Below are positions 35,865 to 45,077 of a stretch of DNA of 64,000 bases, in pieces. Below the pieces are notes generated by a model. The model saw only the letters and a list, made by a program, of their open reading frames with translations, did no database searches and had not been told where the DNA came from. The first letter of the stretch is position 1, and the number at the start of each line of letters is the position of its first letter. The translations under genes were made by a program, and so were the position numbers. The DNA is taken from NCBI GenBank assembly GCA_963664545.2, contig OY761475.2:1663247-1727246 (forward strand). The letters are read 5' to 3'. This stretch comes from Vicinamibacterales bacterium (GTDB lineage: Bacteria; Acidobacteriota; Vicinamibacteria; Vicinamibacterales; UBA8438).

Positions 35865-37160
35865 TCAACGACGCTCGTTCCACGATGCCCGGTCCGGAGC
35901 CGGCAGCACCGTGCCGGCGCAGGCGCCGAAGCCGATGCGGTGGCCGTCGCCCTGGGCCCAACCGCGCAGGGTCATCGTATCGCCGTCCTCGACGAAGCTC
36001 CGCGTCTCTCCCGTGTCCAGGGTGATCGGGTCCCTGCCCCCCCAGGTCAGCTCCAGCAGCGACCCGTACTGTCCGCGCCCGGGGCCCGAGACCGTCCCAG
36101 ACCCCAGCAGGTCGCCCACGTTCATCCGGCAGCCGCCGACGGCGTGATGGGCGAGCTGCTGCGCCGACGAGTAGTACATGTGTCGATAGTTGGTACGCGC
36201 GATCTTCGTGGCCGCGTCCGCCCCCTCGGGCCGCATGTCCACCTCGAGCGCGATGTCGTACAGCATCGGACCCGGCTCGTGGAGATACGGCAGCAGCGGA
36301 TGCTCGCGGTCGGGCGTCGCCACCCGGAACGGCTCGAGCGCCGCCTTCGTCACGACCCACGGGCTGATGGACGTCGCGAACGCCTTGGCCTGGAACGGCC
36401 CCAGCGGCTGGTACTCCCATGCCTGGATGTCGCGCGCCGACCAGTCGTTGAGGAGCACGTAGCCGAAGATCATCCCGTCGGCCTCGGCCACGCTCACCGG
36501 CCGCCCCCTGGGGTTGGCGGCGCCGACGACGGCGCCCAGCTCCAGCTCGATGTCGAGGCGGCGGCTCGGACCGAAGCGCGGCAGGTCGCCGCCGGGGGGC
36601 TTGGTCTGGCCGAGGGGTCGCCGCACGTCCGTCCCGCTCACCACCACCGTCGACGCGCGTCCGTTGTAGCCGATGGGGATGTGCAGCCAGTTGGGCGGCA
36701 GCGCGTTCTCGGGGCCGCGGAACATCGTGCCGACGTTGAACGCGTGCTGCCGGCACGCATAGAAGTCGGTGTACTCGGCGACCGCGAACGGCAGCGCGAG
36801 CCGGACATCGCGCAGCGGCACGAGCGCGCGGCCGCGTAGGGTGGCGTCGCGCTCGAGCCGCGGGTCGCCGCCCGCCGCCAGCAACTCAGTGAGCCGCGCC
36901 CGCACGGCCGCCCAGGCCCCCGGCCCGAGGGCCATGAAGTCGTTCAGCCCCGGCGCGCCGAACACCGGCACCGACCCGCCGGCGTCGAGCACCCCCTCCG
37001 CCTCGAGCACGGCCAGGTCGAGGACCGCGTCGCCGATCGCCGCCCCGCACCGTAGCGCCTCCGCCCCCCGGCCGAACGCGCCGTAGGGCAGATTCTGAAT
37101 CGGGAAGTCGCAGCCGGGCTCGTTGGCCCGGTCCAGCCAACTCTTCAGCGGCAGAGTCAT
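35865..37160 (-). CDS. fahA: fumarylacetoacetase
   Basis: 431 aa. 'FPIQNLPYGAF' N-terminal domain and FAH-fold C-terminal domain ('YTDFYA', 'GDLLGSGTVSG'). Confidence 0.9.
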   Translation of the reverse strand: MTLPLKSWLDRANEPGCDFPIQNLPYGAFGRGAEALRCGAAIGDAVLDLAVLEAEGVLDAGGSVPVFGAPGLNDFMALGPGAWAAVRARLTELLAAGGDPRLERDATLRGRALVPLRDVRLALPFAVAEYTDFYACRQHAFNVGTMFRGPENALPPNWLHIPIGYNGRASTVVVSGTDVRRPLGQTKPPGGDLPRFGPSRRLDIELELGAVVGAANPRGRPVSVAEADGMIFGYVLLNDWSARDIQAWEYQPLGPFQAKAFATSISPWVVTKAALEPFRVATPDREHPLLPYLHEPGPMLYDIALEVDMRPEGADAATKIARTNYRHMYYSSAQQLAHHAVGGCRMNVGDLLGSGTVSGPGRGQYGSLLELTWGGRDPITLDTGETRSFVEDGDTMTLRGWAQGDGHRIGFGACAGTVLPAPDRASWNERR

Positions 37161-37515
37161 CGCAGTGCGCCGTGTTCCCGTGACGGTGGTTCCAGCCCGC
37201 CAATCGTCGCCTGACGGCTCCGCTCGGCACCCAACCCAATCCTACAGGAGTCCGCGCCGTTCTACGGCCCAGACCCCTGGCGCTGATCGGCGTGCGGGCG
37301 GTCCGATCCGGGTTCCCGGAACCGTGGACCGGCCGCCCCGGCCTGGGGACTGTCGGCCTTACCCGCGCCGACAATCCCGACGACGCAGACGGTGACGCTC
37401 TGGTCGTCGAACCCGCCCGCCAGCCGAGCCCAGCCGCGCCGACCGTTAGCGGCGCGCAGGCGCTGCCGCGCAGTCGTGGTAGCGTTGAGCCGGCGCGGCC
37501 CGGCACGGACGAGAC

Positions 37516-39627
37516 ATGAACCACGGCGAGATCGTCAGCTTCATCTGGGGGGTGGCCGACCTCATCCGCGACACCTTCCGGCGCGGCAAGTACCAGGACG
37601 TCATCCTGCCCCTCACCGTGCTGCGCCGGCTCGACTGCGTGCTGGCCCCCACCAAGCGGAAAGTGCTGGCCGCCCAGGCCCGGTTCAAGGGCAGGCTCGA
37701 CAACCCGGAGGGGCAGCTCGAGCGCGCCTCGGGGTTCGCGTTCTACAACACGTCGCGCTACGACTTCGAGAAGCTGCTCGCCGACGCCCCCCACGTCGCG
37801 CAGAACCTGCGCCACTACATCGCCGGGTTCAGCCCCAACATGCGCGAGGTGCTCGAGAAGTTCGACTTCGACAACACCATCTCGAAGCTCGACGAGTCGG
37901 GGCTGCTGTTCCAGGTCGTGCAGCGGTTCGGCGACCCCCGGGTCGACCTGCACCCCGACGCGGTCGACAACGCCGCGATGGGCACCATCTTCGAAGAGCT
38001 CATCCGCAAGTTCAACGAGGCGCTGAACGAGAACCCCGGCGAGCACTTCACGCCGCGCGACGTCGTCCACCTCATGGTCGACCTGCTGCTCGCGGGCGAC
38101 CGGCGGCGGCTGCGCACGAAGGGCGTCGTGCTCAGCGTCTACGACCCGTGCTGCGGCTCGGGGGGCATGCTCACCCTCGCCAAGGAGCACGTCACCGCGG
38201 GGGAGACCCGCGACGGCGCGCGCCGCGCTCCCGCCGTGAACCCCGGCGCCGACGTCCACCTGTTCGGCCAGGAGGTCAACCCCGAGACCTTCGCCATCTG
38301 CAAGGCCGACCTCTACATGAAGTCGGAGGACGGCCGCGACGCCGAGCGGGTCGTCTTCGGCAGCACCCTCTCGAACGACCGCCACGCCGGGCGCGGCTTC
38401 GACTACATGATCGCCAACCCGCCCTACGGCAAGGACTGGAAGCGCGACGTGGACACGGTGCGCGCCGAGCACGACCGCGGCGCGGCCGGCCGCTTCGGGC
38501 CGGGCCTGCCGCGCATCAGCGACGGCCAGCTCCTGTTCCTGCTGCACATGCTCGCGCACATGCGGGCGCCGGCCGAGGGCGGCTCGCGGGTCGCCATCAT
38601 CATGAACGGCTCGCCGCTGTTCACCGGCGACGCGGGCAGCGGCGAGAGCGAGATCCGCCGCTGGATCCTCGAGAACGACCTGCTCGAGGCCCTCATCGCC
38701 CTGCCCGAGCAGCTCTTCTACAACACCGGCATCGCCACCTACGTGTGGGTCCTCACCAACCGCAAGCGGCCCCGGCGGCGCGGCCGCGTCCAGCTCATCG
38801 ACGCCACGTCGTTCGGGCGCCCGCTGCGCAAGAGCCTCGGCGACAAGCGCCGCGAGGTCGCGTTCGACCGCAAGCAGGACATCGTGCGCCTGCTCGCCGG
38901 CTTCGACGACGGCGCGACCCGCCCCGTCGAGCGCGACGGCGGAGAGCGCGACACCGTCGTCAGCCGCGTCTACCCCGCCGCGCACTTCGGCTTCCGCAAG
39001 ATCACCGTCGAACGCCCGCTGCGGCTCGACTTCCGGGCCAGCCCCGAGCGCATCGCGCGCCTCGACGACCAGCGCGCCTTCGCCAACCTCGCCGTGTCAC
39101 GCAAGCGGGGGGCCGCCCGGGCCAGCGCCGAGGCGGCGGCCCGCCGGCAGCAGGCCGCGGTCCGCGCCATGCTCGGCCGCCTGCCCGACCGGCTCTTCCT
39201 CGACCGGGCGGCTTTCGACGACGCGCTCTCCCACGCCGCCCGCGACGCCGAGCTGAAGCTCGCCGCGCCCCTCCGCAAAGCGATTCTCTCGGCCCTGTCC
39301 GAACGCAACCCCGGAGCCGAGGTCTGCCGCGACCGCGACGGCCGCCCCGAGCCCGACCCCGAGCTGCGCGACACCGAGAACGTGCCCCTCGCCGAGGACG
39401 TCGAGTCGTTCTTCGCCCGCGAGGTCAAGCCCCACGTCCCCGACGCCTGGATAGACACGGACCGCCGCGACCCCCAGGACGGCGGGGTCGGGCTCGTGGG
39501 CTACGAGATCAACTTCAACCGCTACTTCTACGAGTACCGCCCGCCCCGCCCCCTGGAGGACATCGAGGCCGACATCCAGCGGGTGGAGAAGGAGATCGTG
39601 GAAATGCTGCAGGAGATGTCGGGGTGA
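37516..39627 (+). CDS. hsdM: type I restriction-modification methyltransferase subunit (long form)
   Basis: 'IVSFIWGVADLIRDTFRRGKYQDVILPLTVLRRLD' HsdM N-domain, 'VYDPCCGSGGML' motif I, 'MIANPPYG' motif IV and 'GYEINFNRYFYEY' C-terminal block. Confidence 0.9.
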   Translation: MNHGEIVSFIWGVADLIRDTFRRGKYQDVILPLTVLRRLDCVLAPTKRKVLAAQARFKGRLDNPEGQLERASGFAFYNTSRYDFEKLLADAPHVAQNLRHYIAGFSPNMREVLEKFDFDNTISKLDESGLLFQVVQRFGDPRVDLHPDAVDNAAMGTIFEELIRKFNEALNENPGEHFTPRDVVHLMVDLLLAGDRRRLRTKGVVLSVYDPCCGSGGMLTLAKEHVTAGETRDGARRAPAVNPGADVHLFGQEVNPETFAICKADLYMKSEDGRDAERVVFGSTLSNDRHAGRGFDYMIANPPYGKDWKRDVDTVRAEHDRGAAGRFGPGLPRISDGQLLFLLHMLAHMRAPAEGGSRVAIIMNGSPLFTGDAGSGESEIRRWILENDLLEALIALPEQLFYNTGIATYVWVLTNRKRPRRRGRVQLIDATSFGRPLRKSLGDKRREVAFDRKQDIVRLLAGFDDGATRPVERDGGERDTVVSRVYPAAHFGFRKITVERPLRLDFRASPERIARLDDQRAFANLAVSRKRGAARASAEAAARRQQAAVRAMLGRLPDRLFLDRAAFDDALSHAARDAELKLAAPLRKAILSALSERNPGAEVCRDRDGRPEPDPELRDTENVPLAEDVESFFAREVKPHVPDAWIDTDRRDPQDGGVGLVGYEINFNRYFYEYRPPRPLEDIEADIQRVEKEIVEMLQEMSG

Positions 39628-39674
39628 GAACCGTCTTCCGGGCGGTTTCGACGCTTCCCCTCTTCTGATGCCGG

Positions 39675-40148
39675 TTGACATTCCGCCGACACAACATTAT
39701 CCTTGTGTCTGTGCTTCCGGACTTCGACCCGACGACCGGGTACCTCCCGCCCGGCGTGCACCCCGCAGCCTGGATCGAAATCCGGCCAACGTTCGGGACC
39801 AACATGCATCGCAACCGACTCCTCGACGGCATGGAACGCGCGTTTCGCAACCTCGCCGACGCCGGTTGCCGCAGCGCACTTCTTGATGGCAGCTTCGTCT
39901 CCACGACCTCCTTCCCGAACGACTACGACGTCGCGTGGGACACTGTCGGCGTAGACCCTTTCCTCCTCGACCCCGTACTGCTCGACATGACGAACCGCCG
40001 CGCAGCGATGAAGACCAAGTACGGCGGCGAGTTCTTCCCGGCGTCAGGTCTAGCCGCCCCTGGAATCCGTTTTCGCGAGTTCTTCCAAACCGATCGAGAC
40101 GGCATCGCCAAGGGCCTCGTCGACATCAACCTTGGGACCCTGCCATGA
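39675..40148 (+). CDS. DUF6932-like minimal nucleotidyltransferase-fold protein
   Basis: 'LPDFDPTTGYLPPGVH...' and 'LLDGSFVSTTSFPNDYDVAW' (GS...D.D NTase-like). The track start is TTG 39675. In-frame GTG 39705 or 39711 is more likely. Confidence 0.55.
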   Translation: MTFRRHNIILVSVLPDFDPTTGYLPPGVHPAAWIEIRPTFGTNMHRNRLLDGMERAFRNLADAGCRSALLDGSFVSTTSFPNDYDVAWDTVGVDPFLLDPVLLDMTNRRAAMKTKYGGEFFPASGLAAPGIRFREFFQTDRDGIAKGLVDINLGTLP

Positions 40149-40639
40149 TCACTAACGAACGACAGTACCGAATCACCAGCGCGGAGGCTGACAAATTCCA
40201 AAGGACGCTTGAGCGACTCCAAACTTCCGATGTAGGTCGCGCAGACGTCCATCCGCGCCTAGTTCAGGCCGAGCGTGACGCCCTGGAGAGCCAACTTCAG
40301 GACCTCCGCGACGAATTGGAGCAGTACCAAGCCCTCAAGCGAGGCGACGTATCAAAAATCGAGGTTGATTCTTTCGACGGCTTGGGGTTAGGTCTGATCA
40401 AGGCCCGGATCGCTTCCGCGCTGAGCCAAAGAGCCCTTGCCGAACGGCTCGGCCTCAAGGAACAGCAGATTCAGCGCTACGAAGCCGAATTCTACGCCTC
40501 CGCGAGCTACAAGCGCCTCCAGCAGGTCGTGCAGGCTCTCGGCATCACCATCCGTAAAGAGATTCTCCTTCCACACTCCACACTCCACACCGCTTCGCAT
40601 GCCCGGTCTCCTAAACAAGCCGAGACAGGTCGGCCTTAA
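40145..40639 (+). CDS. XRE-family HTH protein with N-terminal coiled coil (putative antitoxin/regulator)
   Basis: ATG 40145 overlaps the upstream stop (ATGA). 'LIKARIASALSQRALAERLGLKEQQIQRYE' is an HTH_XRE motif. Confidence 0.7.
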   Translation: MITNERQYRITSAEADKFQRTLERLQTSDVGRADVHPRLVQAERDALESQLQDLRDELEQYQALKRGDVSKIEVDSFDGLGLGLIKARIASALSQRALAERLGLKEQQIQRYEAEFYASASYKRLQQVVQALGITIRKEILLPHSTLHTASHARSPKQAETGRP

Positions 40640-40767
40640 CATCAACATCGAGAGCTACGAGGCAGTTTTCACGTGTTCTCGGCCGGCGGAGGCGGCGGTG
40701 GAGGCGGGGGGAGGTGGAGCGGGGACGTTCGGCGGCCGACTCAGACCGCCGCCTTGTTTGCTCTGTG

Positions 40768-41271
40768 CTACGGCGAGGCGGCATGCTGTTCCCCGGTGAC
40801 CTTGAAGGCGGCCCTCGTACAGAGGACGTTGGTCCTGTTGCTGACTGGAACCTGTTCGTCCATGGGCGCGGTCGCCCGCTCGAAATGCCGGAGGAGCTCC
40901 CGGTTGCGGCACCGAATCCCGGCGTCCGTGGACTCGGGCGAGTCCACGTCCAGCCAGAGTTCCCGCCACTCGGTCTCGAGGACGTTGCACTCCCTCTTCG
41001 TGGAGTTCAACACGGCGATCTTGGTCGCGTAGTCGAGCATGAAGTCGACCGCGATCAGGACGGCGATGGCTAGGCCGAAGCCGATCCGCCAGTGTCCGCC
41101 GATCGCGTCGAGGAACGTCGCCATGCTGCCCGACGCGGCGACCAGCAGGCCGAGGCGGATGAACAGATGACGCACGCGGTACTGCGACCCCATCGCCTCC
41201 GCGTAGCGGGCCACCCTCGACACGTCCAGCAGATCGTTCCAGACGGCGCGGCGGGTCGCCTCCGTCACCAT
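40768..41271 (-). CDS. orphan 2-TM protein (possibly SLATT-like effector)
   Basis: ATG 41271 follows GGAGGGAAGG. N-terminal helix, two adjacent TM helices ('LFIRLGLLVAASGSMATFL', 'IGFGLAIAVLIAVDFML') and a helical C-terminal tail. No family confidently recognised. Confidence 0.5.
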   Translation of the reverse strand: MVTEATRRAVWNDLLDVSRVARYAEAMGSQYRVRHLFIRLGLLVAASGSMATFLDAIGGHWRIGFGLAIAVLIAVDFMLDYATKIAVLNSTKRECNVLETEWRELWLDVDSPESTDAGIRCRNRELLRHFERATAPMDEQVPVSNRTNVLCTRAAFKVTGEQHAASP

Positions 41272-41509
41272 GGCCTTCCCTCCCCGGGTCCGCGATCCAG
41301 AATACCACCGTCCGCCGACGGAAGCGCAGAGCGGCAGAGCGGTGGTGGGGGGCCACGACGGAGTCGGCGAACGCCGCCCGGTCCGTCCGACGGTACGGAT
41401 TGGGGGAGTTCGCCCGACTCCGGCGATGAGGGATGACCTGATTTGCATACAACTAAAAATATCTGTCGACGATTTGCGGCAGCGGCCCGCGCTGCGCTAT
41501 GCTTGAGCG

Positions 41510-42166
41510 ATGCCTGAACCGAATCGTCGGCAGACAGACGCGATTGCCGACATTTCGATGCCGCCCCCGTGGCCCGCCGCGGCCGGCCTGCGGGACCTCG
41601 GCGCCCTGACCTTCTTCCGGGCGCGCGACGCCGCCGACCGGGGCGTCGACTCCCGGGCGCTGCGGCGGCTCGTGCACGAAGGCGCCGTCGAGCGCCTCGG
41701 CCGCGGCCTCTACCGCCGCGCCGACGCCGAGATCACCGAGCACCACACGCATGGCGCCGTGTCCGCCCGCGTGCCGGGCGCGATCATCTGCCTGCTCACG
41801 GCGCTGAACATACACGAGATCGGCACCCAGCTTCCGGCGCAGGTCTGGATCGCCATCCCGCACAAGGCGCGCACGCCCCGCGTCCCGTCCCTGCCGATCC
41901 GCATCGTCCGCTTCTCCGGGGCGGCGCTGCGGTACGGCGTCGAGGAGGCCGATTTCGAGGGCGTCCCCGGCCGAATCACCAGCCCCGCCCGCACCATCGT
42001 GGACTGCTTCCGCCTCCGCCGCCTCGTGGGCCTCGACGTCGCTCTCGAGGCGATCCGCGACGCGCTCTTCGACGGCAAGACGACTCCCTCCGAGATTCTG
42101 CGCGCCGCAGAGGCCTGCCGGGCGCTGTCGCTGGTTCGCCCCGTCCTCCACACCCTGCTGGCATGA
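41510..42166 (+). CDS. abiEi: AbiEi-family antitoxin (type IV TA)
   Basis: 'FFRARDAADRGVDSRALRRLVHEGAVERLGRGLY' wHTH and 'ICLLTALNIHEIGTQLP'. An AT-rich stretch lies upstream at 41441-41470. Confidence 0.8.
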   Translation: MPEPNRRQTDAIADISMPPPWPAAAGLRDLGALTFFRARDAADRGVDSRALRRLVHEGAVERLGRGLYRRADAEITEHHTHGAVSARVPGAIICLLTALNIHEIGTQLPAQVWIAIPHKARTPRVPSLPIRIVRFSGAALRYGVEEADFEGVPGRITSPARTIVDCFRLRRLVGLDVALEAIRDALFDGKTTPSEILRAAEACRALSLVRPVLHTLLA

Positions 42167-43116
42167 CCGCGAAACGCCCGCCCCGCGACGTGCCCGCCTC
42201 CGTGCGCGCCCGCCTCCGCAATCTCGCCCGGCGGCGGGATGTCGACTTCACTCTCCTGCTCGGGCGCTACGCGGCCGAGCGGTTCCTGTACCGCCTCTCG
42301 GCGTCCGACGAGATGCACCGGTTCACGCTCAAGGGCGCGGCCCTCTTCCGCGTGTGGGCCGACGAGGAGATGCGGCCGACCCGCGACGTGGACTTCCTCG
42401 CCGCCGCCGACCACGCCGGCGCCCGCGCCGCCATCGAGGCCATGTGCGCCGTGCCCTGCCCCGACGACGGCGTTCTCTTCGACGCTGGCGCGCTCCGCAT
42501 CGACGCCATCCGGGTCGACCAGGCGGACGGCGGCCTGCGCGTGCGGCTCCCCGGCGCGCTCGGCAACATCCGCCTCTCTCTGCAGATGGACATCGGGTTC
42601 GGCGACGTCGTCACGCCCGCGCGCGAGCTGCGCGACTATCCCACCCTGCTCGACCTGCCGGCCCCGCGCCTGTGGACCTACCCGCGCGAAGCCATGGTCG
42701 CCGAGAAGTTCCACGCGATGGTGAGCCGCGGCGAGACCAACTCGCGCGTCAAGGACCTCTGGGACATCGCGTGCCTCGCCCGCCGCTTCGCGTTCGACGG
42801 CGAGACGCTGCGCGGCGCCGTCGCGGAGACGTTCCGCCGCCGGGGCAACACGTTCTCGGCCGACAGGCCGTCGGCGCTGCGCCCCGCCTACTACGAGGAC
42901 CCCGTCCGCCGAGAGCGCTGGCGCGTGCTCCACCGGCAAATCCCGACCGGCGCCGACGGGCCGACCCGGCTGGCGGACGCCGGCGTCGAGCTGGCCCGTT
43001 TCCTGGGGCCGCTCTGCGACCGCCTGATCGAGGGCGCGGCGTTCCCGCAGACCTGGCCCGCCGCCGGGCCGTGGCGGCCGGGGGGTGAGGCTCCGACGGA
43101 GGGCGAAGGGCCGTGA
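42163..43116 (+). CDS. abiEii: AbiEii/AbiGii nucleotidyltransferase toxin
   Basis: ATG 42163 overlaps the abiEi stop (ATGA). 'FTLKGAALFRVW...RPTRDVDFL' and 'MVAEKFHAMVSRGETNSRVKDLWDI'. Confidence 0.85.
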   Translation: MTAKRPPRDVPASVRARLRNLARRRDVDFTLLLGRYAAERFLYRLSASDEMHRFTLKGAALFRVWADEEMRPTRDVDFLAAADHAGARAAIEAMCAVPCPDDGVLFDAGALRIDAIRVDQADGGLRVRLPGALGNIRLSLQMDIGFGDVVTPARELRDYPTLLDLPAPRLWTYPREAMVAEKFHAMVSRGETNSRVKDLWDIACLARRFAFDGETLRGAVAETFRRRGNTFSADRPSALRPAYYEDPVRRERWRVLHRQIPTGADGPTRLADAGVELARFLGPLCDRLIEGAAFPQTWPAAGPWRPGGEAPTEGEGP

Positions 43117-44483
43117 CCGAGGTGGCCGACCGGATCGAGGCGGCGCGACCCGACCGATTCCGCCGGTACCCCGAATACAGGGAGTCCGGCGTCGATTGGC
43201 TCCGCGAGGTCCCCGCGCACTGGCAGATGAAGCGGCTCAAGGCCGTCGCCGCGGTGCAGTTGAGCAACGTGGACAAGCACTCAGAAGAAGGTCAAGTTCC
43301 GATCAAGCTCTGCAACTACGTCGACGTGTACTACAACGACGTCATCACGGCCGATCTCGACTTCATGAACGCCACCGCCACACCCGCCCAGGTACGGCGA
43401 TTCCGGCTCCGCGCCGGCGACGTGATGATCACCAAGGACTCGGAGTCCTGGACGGATATCGCGGTTCCCGCCGTCGTGGCGGAGGACCTGCCGGACGTGC
43501 TCTGCGGATACCACTTGGCGCACATCAGGCCGGCCGCCGGCCTCGATGGCCGGTTTCTCGCCCGCCAGTTCGCCGCGATTGGCGCGCGGGACCAGTTCCA
43601 CGTTGCGGCGAACGGCATAACGCGGTTCGGCTTGGGCGGGGACGCCATCCGCGGCAGCCTCTTTGCGATCCCGCCGATCGACGAACAACGCGCCATCGCC
43701 GATTTCCTCGACCGCGAGACGGCGAAGATCGACGCGCTGGTGGCGAGGAAGGAGCGGCTGATCGAGCTGCTTCAGGAGAAGCGCGCGGCTCTCATCACCC
43801 GCGCCGTCACCCGGGGCATCGATCCGGTCGCCGACGCAAGCACCACTGGATCGCCTGCGTTTCCTGTGATTCCGAAAGACTGGAACTTGTGGAAGATACG
43901 ACGACTTGTTCGACGGGTGAAACGCCCGATTGTGGTCAGGCCGGACAGGGAATACCAAGAAATCGGCATCCGTTCATGGGGCAAAGGTATCTTCCACAAA
44001 GAACCCGTCAGAGGTGCTCTGCTGGGCGAAAAGAGCGTGTTTCGGCCCGAACCCGGTGATTTCGTATTGAACATCGTTTTTGCGTGGGAGGGTGCCGTCG
44101 CGGTGGTGTCCGAGCATGAGACGGGGATGATTGCGTCACATCGTTTCCCAACATTTCGGCCGTCCGAGCACGCAGACCTAGACTACCTGTTGATGGTGCT
44201 TCAGAGTGACCAGGGTCGTCGGTTGATGGAGGTCAATTCTCCGGGAGCGGCGGGACGCAACAAGACGCTCAGGATAGGCCAATTCCTCGACGAGGAAGTT
44301 CCGCTTCCAGACATAGAGGAACAACGAGCGGTCGTTTCAGCGTTCAGAGAGGAGGAGAGGCGACTTTTTACTCTGGCCGTCACAGTTCGCCAAGCCATCG
44401 ACCACCTCAAGGAACTCCGCATCGCCCTGATCTCCGCGGCGGTCACCGGCAAGATCGATTTGCGGGAGGCGGTGCCGCGATGA
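43113..44483 (+). CDS. hsdS: type I restriction-modification specificity subunit
   Basis: GTG 43113 overlaps the abiEii stop (GTGA). Two TRD halves, each ending in the conserved helix ('EQRAIADFLDRETAKIDALVARKERLIELLQEKR' and 'EQRAVVSAFREEE...LKELRIALISAAVTGKIDL'). Confidence 0.85.
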   Translation: MTEVADRIEAARPDRFRRYPEYRESGVDWLREVPAHWQMKRLKAVAAVQLSNVDKHSEEGQVPIKLCNYVDVYYNDVITADLDFMNATATPAQVRRFRLRAGDVMITKDSESWTDIAVPAVVAEDLPDVLCGYHLAHIRPAAGLDGRFLARQFAAIGARDQFHVAANGITRFGLGGDAIRGSLFAIPPIDEQRAIADFLDRETAKIDALVARKERLIELLQEKRAALITRAVTRGIDPVADASTTGSPAFPVIPKDWNLWKIRRLVRRVKRPIVVRPDREYQEIGIRSWGKGIFHKEPVRGALLGEKSVFRPEPGDFVLNIVFAWEGAVAVVSEHETGMIASHRFPTFRPSEHADLDYLLMVLQSDQGRRLMEVNSPGAAGRNKTLRIGQFLDEEVPLPDIEEQRAVVSAFREEERRLFTLAVTVRQAIDHLKELRIALISAAVTGKIDLREAVPR

Positions 44484-44670
44484 GCTTCGAGCCGAGCTTC
44501 ACCGTCACCCACGCTCTGTCCGGGAGCGAACCGGCGGAACGCCGCAGCGGGACCTGCGGGTGCCTGTGGGGAAGGGCCTGTTGGTCGAAGCGGTACGGGG
44601 CCGACTGGGGCCGACGGACCCGACACGACAACTACCAGTCTGTCCGACGGCCCGCTGAGATCGCGACCGG

Positions 44671-44703
44671 AGCTGTGACAAGCTGTGACATCGAGCTGTG
44701 ACA
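44671..44703. repeat. three direct copies of the 10-mer AGCTGTGACA
   Basis: Copies at 44671-44680, 44681-44690 and 44694-44703, in non-coding-looking DNA between hsdS and the IS66 fragment. Confidence 0.7.
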
Positions 44704-45077
44704 TGCTCCGGCGACCGACGGTCAGGCGCAGCCGGGGCCGTCACCCCGCCGCCGTTCTCCTCACCTTGATCCGACCGTACAGGCTCACGCCGTGCGCGGC
44801 GGCGGGAAAACGCGGCGCGCTGCTGAAGGTCGGAGCCGAGCCGGAGGTTGAGGGTGCCCGAAAGGGACGCCGCGGCCGCGACGGGCGGCTCGTCCTCGCC
44901 CTCGCCGAGGGCCCCCAATTCGCGAGCGCCCTCACGTCCGCATCACGGGGCTGACCGGACTCGGCAAAGAGCTCGCTCGCGCCCGCGCCCAGCCGCCACC
45001 GTCATGGCCGACTTCATCGGAACGCAGCGGCCGTCCGATGTGCGGACGGCGTAATTGGTTACCGTGGTGGGCGTCTG

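Noticed and set aside
37380-37430. tRNA 3'-end-like sequence ('ggtcgtcgaacccgcccgcca') as a possible island integration site at the left border of the defence island.
   Set aside because: I could not draw a T-arm or acceptor stem from the surrounding sequence. There is no canonical GTTCRANYC loop context and no integrase gene in the window. tRNAscan/ARAGORN would settle it.
41441-41470. Sigma-70 promoter call in the AT-rich abiEi upstream region (for example TGACCT-N17-AAATAT).
   Set aside because: The hexamers match the consensus poorly, and several alternative spacings are equally plausible. It is mentioned only as an AT-rich, promoter-like stretch.
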